Source: Thermodesulfobacteriota bacterium (lineage in GTDB: Bacteria > Desulfobacterota_D > UBA1144 > Nemesobacterales > UBA2774). Taken from it: a stretch of DNA of 64,000 nt. A program made the translations under genes and the position numbers. Every line of letters begins with the position of its first letter. Within the stretch, counting starts at the first letter, position 1. The DNA is taken from assembly GCA_963422265.1 (NCBI GenBank), contig OY729416.1:256001-320000 (forward strand), read 5' to 3'. The notes below the pieces were generated by a model. The model did not search any database. It was not told the origin of the DNA and saw only the letters and a list, made by a program, of their open reading frames with translations. Of the stretch, positions 47,885-62,800 are shown one piece after another.

Positions 47885-50800
47885 ATGATTATAAAAGTTA
47901 CCCCCCCCCCCCCCCCCCCCCCGAAATTCCTGTCCGGCAGGACAACGCCTTGATACCTCGTCAACACCTGCGGCGCCTCGCCGCCACCCTCGGCCTGATC
48001 TTCTTTATCATCTGTGTCCTGCCGGGCACTGCACAGGCCGCCAAAGGCTTCACATTTTCCAAACACACGCTGACTCTGGCAGAACCTGGAGGACTCGGAG
48101 GACTGTCGAGCACAGACACCTACACCGTGAAACTGAGGGAACAACCGAGCGGGAACGTGACCGTAGCAATTAGGAGCGCAGATAGTACTCTAGTTACTGT
48201 GTCACTGGCCTCCATGACCTTTACCACCAGCAACTGGGACCAACCGCAGGAGGTAACCGTCACCGGTGTGGATGACCAAATAGATTATGGCGATCAACAG
48301 TCCATTGTCATCCTGCATAGTCCGTCCGGTAGTGGCTACAGTTCCCAGCAGAACACTACTATAGCAGTGCGATATAACGACAACGACACCGCCGGTATCA
48401 CCATCACCGAGACCGGTGGCAGCACCGTCACCACCGAAGCCGGCGGCACCGACACCTTCACGGTCGTGCTGGACACCGAGCCGTTAGAGGATGTCAGCAT
48501 CGCCGTATCCAGTTCCGACCCCAGTGAAGGTACGGTTGACAAGAGCAGCTTACGTATTCACCTTCGACAACTGGAATACCCCGCAGACCGTCACCGTCAC
48601 CGGTCAGGATGACAACCTGGCCGACGGGGATCAATCCTATAACATCGTACTGGACAAGGTCGTCAGTTTAGATCCTCCCTACGGCGGCGATACCCCAGCG
48701 AACGCCATAGACCCACCGGACGTGTCGGTGACCAACACCGATGATGACCCCGGCGTCACCTTATCCAAGAGAAGTGTCACCGTCACCGAAGCCAGTGGCC
48801 GGGCGCACCACCACCTACACCGTAGTGCTCAACACCCGGCCGAGTAGTAGCGTCACCGTCACCCCCACCAGCAGCGATACCAGCGTGGCCAGAGTCTCCC
48901 CGGGACCCCTGACGTTTACTTCATCCGACTGGAATACCCCACAGAGGGTCACCGTCACCGGTATCGATGACAGCACCGTTGCGGATAGAAGCACCACCAT
49001 CACCCATGCAGCCTCTGGCGGCGGCTACAACGCAGTGAGCATCGCCGACGTGTCGGTAAAGCTGACCGATGACGACACCAGCTTCACATTTTCCACATCC
49101 AGTCTGTCTCTGGCAGAAACTGCTGGACTCGGAGGACTGTCGAACACAGGCAGCTACACCGTGAAACTGAATGGAGCACCAAATGCGGACGTGACCGTAA
49201 CAGTCCGTAATAATTTCCCTGATGAAATCACCGTCTCCCCGGCCTCCCTGACCTTTACCACCAGCGACTGGAATACCGCCGCAAGGGTCACCGTCACCGT
49301 CTTGGATAACCAGGTCGATAATGGCGATCAACGTACCATTCTTGTCTGGCATTTGCCGTCCGGTGGTGGCTACGGTTCTCAGCAGAACACTAATATAACA
49401 GTGCTATATAACGACAACGACACCGCCGGCGTCACCGTCACCGAGACCGGTGGCAGCACTGCCACCACCGAAGCCGGCGGCACCGACACCTTCACGGTCG
49501 TGCTGAACACCAAGCCGTTAGAGGGTGTCAGAATCGCCGTATCCAGTTCCGACATCAGTGAAGGTACGGTTGACAAGAGCAGCCTGGTCTTCACCGATTC
49601 CAACTGGGATACGGTACAGACCGTCACCGTCACCGGTCAGGATGACAGCCTGGTTGACGGGGATCGAGCCTATAACATCGTACTGGCCAAGGTCGTCAGC
49701 ACTGATACCAACTACCACGGCATTGACCCAGCGGACGTATCGGTGACCAACACCGATGATGACGCCGGCGTCACCGTTATCCAAGATGCAGTGTCACCGT
49801 CACCGAAGCCAGTGGCAACAGTAATACCACCACCTACACTGTCGTACTGGACGCCCAACCCTCGGGCGAAGTCACCGTCACCCTCACCAGCGGCGATACC
49901 AGCGTGGCCAGAGTCTCCCCGGCCTCCCTGACCTTTACCACCAGCGACTGGAATACCGCACAGCAAGTCACCGTCACCGGTATCGATGACAGCACCGTTG
50001 CGGATAGAAGCACCACCATCACCCATGCAGCCTCTGGCGGCAGCTACAACGCAGTGGTCATTCCCAGTGTCGTGTCACCCTGACCGATGACGACACCAGC
50101 TTCACATTTTCCACATCCAGTCTGTCTCTGGCAGAAGGTGGACTCGGAGGACGGCCGAACACAGGCAGCTACACCGTGAAACTGAATGGAGCACCAAATG
50201 CGGACGTGACCGTAACAGTCCGTAATAATTTCCCTGATGAAATCACCGTCTCCCCGGCCTCCCTGACCTTTACCACCAGCGACTGGAATACCCCGCAGAG
50301 GGTCACCGTCACCGTCTTGGATAACCAGGTCGATAATGGCGATCAACGTACCATTCTTGTCTGGCATTTGCCGACCGGTGGTGGCTACGGTTCTCAGCAG
50401 AACACTAATATAACAGTGCAATATAACGACAACGACACCGCCGGCGTCACCGTCACCGAGACCGGTGACAGCACTGCCACCACCGAAGCCGGCGGCACCG
50501 ACACCTTCACGGTCGTGCTGAACACCGAGCCGTTAGAGGGTGTCAGAATCGCCGTATCCAGTTCCGACATCAGTGAAGGTACGGTTGACAAGAGCAGCCT
50601 GACCTTCACCGCAGCCAACTGGGATACGGTACAGACCGTCACCGTCACCGGTCAGGATGACAGCCTGGTTGACGGGGATCGAGCCTATAACATCGTACTG
50701 GCCAAGGTCGTCAGCACTGATACCAACTACCACGGCATTGACCCAGCGGACGTATCGGTGACCAACACCGATGATGACGCCGGCGTTACGTTATCCAAGA

Positions 50801-53800
50801 GCAGTGTCACCGTCACCGAAGCCAGTGGCAACAGTAATACCAACACCTACACTGTAGTACTGGACGCCCAACCCTCGGGCACCGTCACCGTCACCCTCAC
50901 CAGCGGCGATACCAGCGTGGCCAGAGTCTCCCCGGCCTCCCTGACCTTTACCACCAGCGACTGGAATACCGCACAGCAAGTCACCGTCACTGGGGTGGAC
51001 GACAGCACCGATGAGGACCGCAGCACCACCATCACCCATACAATCAGTGGTGGGGGATACGGCTCAGTGAGCATAGCCGACGTCGCCGTCACCCTGACCG
51101 ATGACGATACCGCCCGCGTCACGCCGCCGAGCAAGCCCACCGGACTCGAGGCAGTGGGGGGCGACAGTCAGGTGACGTTGACCTGGAATAATCCGAATAA
51201 CGCCGCCATCACCGGGTATCAGATCAGGCAGCGGAGTTATGTCAACGGGGCATGGACTAAATTTCCTAAATTTTCTAACATAATACCGGGCAGTGATGCC
51301 AGCACCACTAGCCACGTGGTGAGTGGTCTGACCAACGGCGTGAGGTATAGTTTCCAAATCCGTGAGATGGTGGGCAAAAAGGGAGGGAAACCGTCTGAGG
51401 CCAAAGCGACACCGGCGGCCCCGCCACCGCCGAAACCGAGCAAGCCCACCGGCCTCAGGACAGTAGCAGGGAACAATCAGGCGACGTTGATCTGGAATAA
51501 TCCGAATAACGCCGCCATCACCAAGTATCAGTATAAGCAGTGGAATTCATCGTCTACCGAGAGCGGCGCGAAGTGGGCTGACATACCGGGCAGTGATGCG
51601 AACACCACCAGCTACGTGGTGAGTGGTCTGACCAACACCTCTGTTATCTATAGATTCCGCATCCGTGCGGTGGCAGGCCCCTCTGTCGGGCTTCAGTCCA
51701 GCTCTGCCGGTGCGATCATTGCGGTACCGCCTGCTGCGCCTGTCGTGACGGCGACGCCGGGCGACGCTCAGGTGAGGTTAAGTTGGTCGGGGAGCATAGG
51801 CTATTATATCACCAGGTATCAGATCAAGCAGTGGACGGGCAGTAGCGAGCCGGCCAATGGCTGGAAGGACATTCCCGGGAGTCGATCGAGCACCACCAGC
51901 CACGTGGTTAGGGGTCTGACCAGCGGCGTGAGTTACAGTTTCCGCATCCGTGCGGTGGCAACATGTAGTTTTAATTCTGGGAGATTCATAGCTTCTGATT
52001 GCAGCGTTGCGGGGACGCCGTCCACTCCCGTCAGTCCGACGCTTGTGCCGGGCAAGCCTGTCGTGGCGCCAATGCCGGGCGACGCTCAGGTGACGTTGAG
52101 TTGGAGTAATCCGAATGATGTTGCCATCACCAAGTATCAGATCAAGCAGTGGACTGGCAGTAGCGAGAGTGGGAGCTGGACTGACATATCGGGGAGTGGA
52201 TCGAGCACCACCAGCCATGTGGTGAGTGGCCTGACCAGCGGCGTGAGGTATAGTTTCCGTATTCGTGCGGTGGCAGGTACCAATGTTGCAGGGACGCCGT
52301 CCGATCCCGTCAGGGCAGTACTCCTGGACAAGCCTGTCGTCAGTGCCAGTGCGGGCGACACTCTGGTGACGTTGAGTTGGAGTGATCCGAATGACGATTC
52401 CATCACCAGGTATCAGATCAAGCAGTGGACTGGCAGTAGCGAGAGAGGGCGTTGGACTGACATATCGGGGAGTGGATCGAGCACCACCAGCCTCGTGGTG
52501 GGGCGCCTGACCAACGGCGTGAGGTATAGTTTCCGTATCCGTGCAATGGTGGGTCTTTTCCCGGGGGTGGAGTCAGCTTCCGTCAGTTCGACGCCTGTGC
52601 CGGGCAAGCCTGCCGTGACGGCGACGCCGGGCACCGCTCAGGTGACGTTAAGCTGGAGTAATCCGAATGATGCTTCCATCGCCAGGTATCAGATCAAGCA
52701 GTGGACTGGCAGTAGCGAGAGTGGGAGTTGGACTGACATATCGGGGAGTGGGGAGGACACCACCAGCCACGTGGTGAGGGGTCTGACCAACGGCGTTGAG
52801 TATAGTTTCCGTATCCGTGCGGTGACAGGTACCAACGCTTCAGGGACGCCGTCCGATCCCGTCAGTGAGACGCCAGCGGTACAGCCGGACAAGCCTGCTG
52901 TTACAGCGGCGCCGGCGGGCGACAGTCTGGTGAGGTTGAGTTGGAGTAATCCGAATGACGCTTCCATCACCGGGTATCAGATCAAGCGGTGGACTGGCAG
53001 TAGCGAGAGTGGGAGTTGGACTGACATATCGGGGAGTGGGAAGGACACGATCACATACACGGTACCGGGTCTGACCAACGGCGTTGAGTATAGTTTCCGT
53101 ATCCGTGCGATGGCAGGTCGTGTTCCAGGGATGGAGTCGGATGTCGCCAGCGCGACGCCTGTGGCAGACAAGCCTATCGTTACGGCGACGCCGGGCAACG
53201 CTCTGGTGACGTTAAGCTGGAGTAATCCGAATGACGCTTCTATCACCGGGTATCAGATCAAGCAGTGGACTGGCAGTAGCGAGAGTGGGAGTTGGACTGA
53301 CATATCGGGGAGTGGGGAGGACACCATCAGCCACGTGGTGAGTGGTCTGACCAACGGCGCCAGGTATGGTTTCCGTATCCGTGCGATGGTAGGCGCTGTT
53401 ACAAGGACGCCGTCCGATCCCGTCAGTGCGACGCCTGTGTCGCCGCCTGTCGGACTCACGGCGACGCCGGGAGACTCTCAGGTGACGTTGACCTGGAATA
53501 ATCCGAACAATCCCACCATCACCGGGTATCAGCTCAAAAAGTATCGTTTCACGATTGAGACCGGTTTTAACGAGGGTTCTTGGACTGACATACCAGGGAG
53601 TGGAAAGGACACCACCAGCTACGTGGTAACGAGTCTGACCAACGGCGCCAGGTATGGTTTCGAGATTCGTGCGGTGGTAGGCAGTGTTACAGGAGAGGAG
53701 TCCGAGTTCGTGCCCGTCACCCTGAGCAGCATCTTCACCATTACCGGGACGGTGACCCAGGGAGAGACACTGACCGCGGATACCAGCACGATCTCCGACC

Positions 53801-56800
53801 CCGACGGCCCGAAGAGTCTGACGTTCACCTACCAATGGAAGCGCGGCGGGACTGCCATAGGCGGTGCCACCGGCCGCACCTACGTTCTGACGCAGGCCGA
53901 CGTCGGGAAGGCTATCACCGTCATCGTGAGCTGGACCAATGCTCGTGGGACATTAAAGTCTCTCACCTCGACTGCGACTGCGAACGTGGCGAACGTGAAT
54001 GAATCACCAACCGGGGCCGTTACCATCACCGGCACCGCCACCAGGGGACAGACGTTGACTGCGGATACCAGCACGATCGTCGACCCGGACGGCCCTGCCC
54101 GTCTGACGTTCACCTATCAATGGAATCGCGGCGGGACTGCCATAGGCGGTGCCACCGGCCGCACCTACGTTCTGACGCCGGCCGACGTCGGGAAGGCCAT
54201 CAGCGTCACCGTGAGCTGGACCGATGCTGGCAGCACCGCGGAGTCATTCATCTCTGCTGCTACCACGAGTGTAACAAACACCAACCAATCACCGACCGGG
54301 GCCGTCGCCATCACCGGCACCGCCACCCAGAAGCAGACACTGACCGCGGTTACCAGCACGATCGTCGACCCGGACGGCCCCAGCAGTCTAACGTTCAGCT
54401 ACCAGTGGAACCGCGATGGGTCTGCCATCAGCAGTGCCACCGGCAGCACCTACGTGCTGACGCAAGCCGACGTCGGGGCCAAGATCACCGTCACCGTGAG
54501 CTGGACCGATGCTGGCAGCACCGCGGAGTCGTTCAACTCTGCTGCGACGGCGAAGGTGGCGAACGTGAATGACCTGCCGACCGGGGCCGTCACCATCACC
54601 GGCACCGTCACCCAGAAGCAGACGTTGACCGCGGTGACCAGCACGATCTCCGACCCGGACGGCCCGAGTAATTTGGTTTTTAGCTATCAATGGAAGCGAG
54701 ATGGGAATAACATCAGCAGCGCCACCGGCCGCACCTACGTTCTGACGCAGGCTGACGTCGGGAAGGCCATCATCGTCACCGTGAGCTGGACCGATGCTTA
54801 TGGGGCATCAGAGTCTCTCACCTCTGCTGCGACAGCGAAGGTGGTGAACGTGAACGACCGGCCGACCGGGGCCGTCACCATCACCGGCACCCCCATCCAG
54901 GGACAGATACTGACCGCGGACACCTCCGGCATTTCCGACCCGGACGTCCCTGACACTGACAGTCTGACCTTTACCTACCAGTGGACGCGTGGCCCGGATA
55001 CTGTCAGCCGCACCAGCACTTACACCCTGACGCAGGCTGACGTCGGGGAGATCATCACCGTAGTCGTGGCTTATCAAGATGGTGGGCGTAGGCAGCTTTT
55101 CCTTGCTAGAACTCCAAAGGTAGCGAACCTAAACGACGCACCGACCGGGGCCGTTACCATCACCGGCACCCCCACCCAGGGAGAGACACTGACCGCGGTG
55201 ACCAGCACGATCTCCGACCCGGATGGCCCGAGTGATTTGGTGTTCAGCTACCAGTGGAAGCGCGATAGGATTGCCATCAGCAGCGCCACCGGCAGCACCT
55301 ACACCCTGACGCAAGCCGACGTCGGGAAGGCCATCAGCGTCATTGTGAGCTGGACCGATGCTGGCAGCACCGCGGAGACCCTCACCTCTGTTGCTACCGC
55401 GAGTGTAACCAACATAAACGACTCACCGACCGGCAGCGTCACCATCACCGGCACCGTGACCCAGGGCCAGACACTGACCGCAGACACCTCCGGCATCTCC
55501 GACCCCGACGGCCCCGCCAGTCTGACCTTCAGCTACCAATGGAAACGCGATGGGTCTGACATCAGCAGTGCCACCAGTAGAACCTACATTCTGACGCAAG
55601 CCGACGTCGGGAAGGCCATCAGCGTCACCGTCAGCTGGACCGATGCCGGCAGCATCGTGGAGACCCTCACCTCTGCTGCGACAGCGAACGTAGCGAACCT
55701 AAACGACTCGCCGACCGGTAGCGTCACCATCAGCGGCACGGTGACCCAGGGCCAGACCCTGACCGCAGTGACCAGCACGATCGTCGACCCGGACGGCCCG
55801 GCCAGTCTGACCTTCAGCTACCAATGGAAACGCGATAGCACTGACATCAGCAGTGCCACCAGTAGAACCTACATTCTGACGCAAGCCGACGTCGGGAAGG
55901 CCATCACCGTCATCGTGAGTTGGACCGATGCCGGCAGCATCGTGGAGACCCTTACCTCGACTGCGACAGCGAAGGTGGCGAACATGAATGACCCGCCGAC
56001 CGGGGCTGTCACCATCAGCGGCACCGTGACCCAGGGCCAGACCCTGACCGCGGTGACCAGCACGATCGTCGACCCCGACGGCCCCAGCAGTCTAACCTTC
56101 ACCTACCAATGGAACCGTGGCGGGAATCCCATCAGCAGCGCCACCGGCAGCACCTACACCCTGACACAAGCCGACGTCGGTAAGGCCATCAGCGTCATTG
56201 TGAGCTGGACCGATGCTGGCAGCACCGCGGAGACCCTCACCTCGGCGGCGACAGCGAACGTAACCAACGCGAACGATCCGCCGACCGGGGCTGTCACCAT
56301 CAGCGGCACCGTGACCCAGGGCCAGACACTGACCGCAGACACCTCCGGCATCTCCGACCCCGACGGCCCCAGCAATCTGACGTTCACCTACCAATGGAAG
56401 CGCGATGGGTCTGACATCAGCAGTGCCACCAGTAGAACCTACATTCTGACGCAAGCCGACGTCGGGAAGGCTATCACCGTCATCGTGAGTTGGACCGATG
56501 CCGGCAGCATCGTGGAGACCCTCACCTCTGCTGCGACAGCGAACGTAGCGAACCTAAACGACTCGCCGACCGGTAGCGTCACCATCAGCGGCACGGTGAC
56601 CCAGGGCCAGACCCTGACCGCAGTGACCAGCACGATCGTCGACCCGGACGGCCCGGCCAGTCTGACCTTCAGCTACCAATGGAAACGCGATAGCACTGAC
56701 ATCAGCAGTGCCACCAGTAGAACCTACATTCTGACGCAAGCCGACGTCGGGAAGGCTATCACCGTCATCGTGAGTTGGACCGATGCCGGCAGCATCGTGG

Positions 56801-59800
56801 AGACCCTTACCTCGACTGCGACAGCGAAGGTGGCGAACATGAATGACCCGCCGACCGGGGCTGTCACCATCAGCGGCACCGTGACCCAGGGCCAGACCCT
56901 GACCGCGGTGACCAGCACGATCGTCGACCCCGACGGCCCCAGCAGTCTAACCTTCACCTACCAATGGAACCGTGGCGGGAATCCCATCAGCAGCGCCACC
57001 GGCAGCACCTACACCCTGACACAAGCCGACGTCGGTAAGGCCATCAGCGTCACCGTGAGTTGGACCGATGCCGGCAGCATCGTGGAGACCCTCACCTCGG
57101 CGGCGACAGCGAACGTAACCAACGCGAACGATCCGCCGACCGGGGCGGTCACCATCACCGGCACCGTGACCCAGGGCCAGACACTGACCGCGGATACCAG
57201 CACGATAGTTGACCCGGACGGCCCGGCCAGTCTGACCTTCAGCTACCAATGGAAACGCGATAGCACTGACATCAGCAGTGCCACCAGTAGAACCTACATT
57301 CTGACGCAAGCCGACGTCGGGAAGGCTATCACCGTCATCGTGAGTTGGACCGATGCCGGCAGCATCGTGGAGACCCTCACCTCTGCTGCGACAGCGAACG
57401 TAGCGAACCTAAACGACTCGCCGACCGGTAGCGTCACCATCAGCGGCACGGTGACCCAGGGCCAGACCCTGACCGCAGTGACCAGCACGATCGTCGACCC
57501 GGACGGCCCGGCCAGTCTGACCTTCAGCTACCAATGGAAACGCGATAGCACTGACATCAGCAGTGCCACCAGTAGAACCTACATTCTGACGCAAGCCGAC
57601 GTCGGGAAGGCTATCACCGTCATCGTGAGTTGGACCGATGCCGGCAGCATCGTGGAGACCCTTACCTCGACTGCGACAGCGAAGGTGGCGAACATGAATG
57701 ACCCGCCGACCGGGGCTGTCACCATCAGCGGCACCGTGACCCAGGGCCAGACCCTGACCGCGGTGACCAGCACGATCGTCGACCCCGACGGCCCCAGCAG
57801 TCTAACCTTCACCTACCAATGGAACCGTGGCGGGAATCCCATCAGCAGCGCCACCGGCAGCACCTACACCCTGACACAAGCCGACGTCGGTAAGGCCATC
57901 AGCGTCACCGTGAGTTGGACCGATGCCGGCAGCATCGTGGAGACCCTCACCTCGGCGGCGACAGCGAACGTAACCAACGCGAACGATCCGCCGACCGGGG
58001 CGGTCACCATCACCGGCACCGTGACCCAGGGCCAGACACTGACCGCGGATACCAGCACGATAGTTGACCCGGACGGCCCGGCCAGTCTGACCTTCAGCTA
58101 CCAATGGAAACGCGATAGCACTGACATCAGCAGTGCCACCAGTAGAACCTACATTCTGACGCAAGCCGACGTCGGGAAGGCTATCACCGTCATCGTGAGT
58201 TGGACCGATGCCGGCAGCATCGTGGAGACCCTTACCTCGACTGCGACAGCGAAGGTGGCGAACATGAATGACCCGCCGACCGGGGCTGTCACCATCAGCG
58301 GCACCGTGACCCAGGGCCAGACCCTGACCGCAGACACCTCCGGCATCTCCGACCCCGACGGCCCCAGCAATCTGACGTTCACCTACCAATGGAACCGTGG
58401 CGGGAATCCCATCAGCAGCGCCACCGGCAGCACCTACACCCTGACACAAGCCGACGTCGGTAAGGCCATCAGCGTCACCGTGAGTTGGACCGATGCCGGC
58501 AGCATCGTGGAGACCCTCACCTCGGCGGCGACAGCGAACGTAACCAACGCGAACGATCCGCCGACCGGGGCGGTCACCATCACCGGCACCGTGACCCAGG
58601 GCCAGACACTGACCGCGGATACCAGCACGATAGTTGACCCGGACGGCCCGGCCAGTCTGACCTTCAGCTACCAATGGAAACGCGATAGCACTGACATCAG
58701 CAGTGCCACCAGTAGAACCTACATTCTGACGCAAGCCGACGTCGGGGCGGCCATCAGCGTCGCCGTCAGCTGGACCGATGCCGGCAGCATCGTGGAGACC
58801 CTCACCTCTGATGCGACAGCGAACGTAGCGAACCTAAACGACTCGCCGACCGGTAGCGTCACCATCAGCGGCACGGTGACCCAGGGCCAGACCCTGACCG
58901 CAGTGACCAGCACGATCGTCGACCCGGACGGCCCGGCCAGTCTGACCTTCAGCTACCAATGGAAACGCGATAGCACTGACATCAGCAGTGCCACCAGTAG
59001 AACCTACATTCTGACGCAAGCCGACGTCGGGGCGGCCATCAGCGTCGCCGTCAGCTGGACCGATGCCGGCAGCATCGTGGAGACCCTTACCTCGACTGCG
59101 ACAGCGAAGGTGGCGAACATGAATGACCCGCCGACCGGGGCTGTCACCATCAGCGGCACCGTGACCCAGGGCCAGACCCTGACCGCGGTGACCAGCACGA
59201 TCGTCGACCCCGACGGCCCCAGCAGTCTAACCTTCACCTACCAATGGAACCGTGGCGGGAATCCCATCAGCAGCGCCACCGGCAGCACCTACACCCTGAC
59301 ACAAGCCGACGTCGGTAAGGCCATCAGCGTCACCGTGAGTTGGACCGATGCCGGCAGCATCGTGGAGACCCTCACCTCGGCGGCGACAGCGAACGTAACC
59401 AACGCGAACGATCCGCCGACCGGGGCGGTCACCATCACCGGCACCGTGACCCAGGGCCAGACACTGACCGCAGACACCTCCGGCATCTCCGACCCCGACG
59501 GCCCCAGCAATCTGACGTTCACCTACCAATGGAAGCGCGATGGGTCTGACATCAGCAGTGCCACCAGTAGAACCTACGTTCTGACGCAGGCCGACGTCGG
59601 GAAGGCCATCAGCGTCATTGTGAGCTGGACCGATGCTGGCAGCACCGCGGAGACCCTCACCTCTGCTGCGACAGCGAACGTAACCAACGCGAACGATCCG
59701 CCGACCGGGGCTGTCACCATCACCGGCACCGTGACCCAGGGCCAGACACTGACCGCGGATACCAGCACGATAGTTGACCCCGACGGCCCCGCCAATCTGA

Positions 59801-62800
59801 CGTTCACCTACCAATGGAAGCGCGATGGGTCTGACATCAGCAGTGCCACCAGTAGAACCTACGTTCTGACGCAGGCCGACGTCGGGAAGGCCATCAGCGT
59901 CATTGTGAGCTGGACCGATGCTGGCAGCACCGTGGAGACCCTCACCTCTGCTGCGACAGCGAACGTAACCAACGCGAACGATCCGCCGACCGGCAGCGTC
60001 ACCATCAGCGGCACCGTGACCCAGGGCCAGACCCTGACCGCGGATACCAGCACGATAGTTGACCCCGACGGCCCCGCCAGTCTGACGTTCACCTACCAAT
60101 GGAAGCGCGATGGGTCTGACATCAGCAGTGCCACCAGTAGAACCTACATTCTGACGCAAGCCGACGTCGGGAAGGCTATCACCGTCATCGTGAGCTGGAC
60201 CGATGCCGGCAGCATCGTGGAGACCCTTACCTCGGCGGCGACAGCGAAGGTGGTGAACGTGAACGACCCGCCGACCGGCAGCGTCACCATCACCGGCACC
60301 GTGACCCAGGGCCAGACACTGACCGCGGATACCAGCACGATAGTTGACCCCGACGGCCCCGCCAGTCTGACGTTCACCTACCAATGGAAGCGCGATGGGT
60401 CTGACATCAGCAGTGCCACCAGTAGAACCTACGTTCTGACGCAGGCCGACGTCGGGAAGGCCATCAGCGTCATTGTGAGCTGGACCGATGCTGGCAGCAC
60501 CGTGGAGACCCTCACCTCTGCTGCGACAGCGAACGTAACCAACGCGAACGATCCGCCGACCGGCAGCGTCACCATCAGCGGCACCGTGACCCAGGGCCAG
60601 ACCCTGACCGCGGATACCAGCACGATAGTTGACCCCGACGGCCCCGCCAATCTGACGTTCACCTACCAATGGAAGCGCGATGGGTCTGACATCAGCAGTG
60701 CCACCAGTAGAACCTACGTTCTGACGCAGGCCGACGTCGGGAAGGCCATCAGCGTCATTGTGAGCTGGACCGATGCTGGCAGCACCGTGGAGACCCTCAC
60801 CTCTGCTGCGACAGCGAACGTAACCAACGCGAACGATCCGCCGACCGGCAGCGTCACCATCAGCGGCACCGTGACCCAGGGCCAGACCCTGACCGCGGAT
60901 ACCAGCACGATAGTTGACCCCGACGGCCCCGCCAGTCTGACGACCTACCAATGGAAGCGCGATGGGTCTGACATCAGCTGCCACCAGTAGAACCTACATT
61001 CTGACGCAAGCCGACGTCGGGAAGGCTATCACCGTCATCGTGAGCCGCATCGTGGAGACCCTTACCTCGGCGGCGACCGAAGGTGGTGAACGGAACGACC
61101 CGCGACCGGCAGCGTCACCATCACCGGGTGACCCAGGGCCAGACACTGACGGATACCAGCACGATAGTTGACCCCGACGGCCCCGCCAGTCTGACGTTCA
61201 CCTACCAATGGAAGCGCGATGGGTCTGACATCAGCAGTGCCACCAGTAGAACCTACGTTCTGACGCAGGCCGACGTCGGGAAGGCCATCAGCGTCATTGT
61301 GAGCTGGACCGATGCTGGCAGCACCGCGGAGACCCTCACCTCTGCTGCGACAGCGAACGTAACCAACGCGAACGATCCGCCGACCGGGGCTGTCACCATC
61401 ACCGGCACCGTGACCCAGCAATCTGACGTTCAGCTACCAATGGAAGCGCGATGGGTCTGACATCAGCAGTGCCACCAGTAGAACCTACGTTCTGACGCAG
61501 GCCGACGTCGGGAAGGCCATCAGCGTCATTGTGAGCTGGACCGATGACCGCGGAGACCCTCACCTCTGATGCGACAGCGAACGTAACCAACGCGATCCGC
61601 CGACCGGGGCGGTCACCATCACCGGCACCGTGACCCAGGGCCAGACACTGACACCTCCGGCATCTCCGACCCCGACGGCCCCAGCAATCTGACGTTCAGC
61701 TACCAATGGAAGCGCGATGGGTCTGACATCAGCAGTGCCACCAGTAGAACCTACGTTCTGACGCAGGCCGACGTCGGGAAGGCCATCACCGTCACCGTCA
61801 GCTGGACCGACAGCGGCGGTACCGCGGAGACCCTCACCTCTGCGGCTACTTCGGTCGCCGGCGTCACGTTATCCACGAGAGCGGTCACCGTCACCGAAGC
61901 CAGTGGCAGCAGTAATACCAACACCTACACCGTAGTGCTCGACACCCAACCCTCGGGCAACGTCACCGTCACGCCCACCAGCGGCGATAGCGACGTGGCG
62001 ACCGTATCCCCGGTCTCCCTGACGTTTACCACGAGCAACTGGAGTACGGCACAGATCGTCACCGTCACCGGTGTGGACGACAGCAGCGATGGTGATAGAA
62101 GTACCACCATCACCCATGCAGCCTCTGGTGGTGGCTACGACTCAGTGGTCATTGCCAGCGTCAGTGTAACGCTGACCGATGACGACACCGCCGGTGTCAC
62201 CGTGTCCGAGAGCGGTGTCACGGTAACCGAAGCCAGTGGCAGCAGTAATACCAACACCTACACCGTAGTACTCAACACCCGGCCGAGTGGCAACGTCACC
62301 GTCACGCCGACCAGCGGCGATACCAATGTGGCGACCGTATCTGGGGCCCTGACCTTTACCACCAGCAACTGGAGTACGGCACAGTCCATCACCGTCACCG
62401 GTGTGGACGACAGCAGCGATGGTGATAGAAGCACCACCATCACCCATGCAGCCTCTGGCGGCGGCTACAACGCAGTGGTCATCTCCGACGTAGCGGTAAC
62501 GCTGACCGATGACGACACCGCCGGTGTCACCGTGTCCGAGAGCAGCGTCACGGTAACCGAAGCCAGTGGCAGCAGTAATACCAACACCTACACCGTAAAA
62601 CTTAACACCCGGCCGAGTGGCACCGTCACCGTCACGCCCACCAGCGGCGATAGCGACGTGGCGACCGTATCCCCGGTCTCCCTGACGTTTACCACGAGCA
62701 ACTGGGGTACGGCACAGTCCATCACCGTCACCGGTGTGGACGACAGCAGCGATGGGGATAGAAGCACCACCATCACCCATGCAGCCTCTGGCGGCGGCTA

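Noticed and set aside
60940-61660. Dense small deletions as biological decay or programmed frameshifting of the adhesin
   Set aside because: Clustered deletions in near-identical repeats are typical of unpolished long-read consensus; the indels at 48.5-50.1 kb are equally suspect
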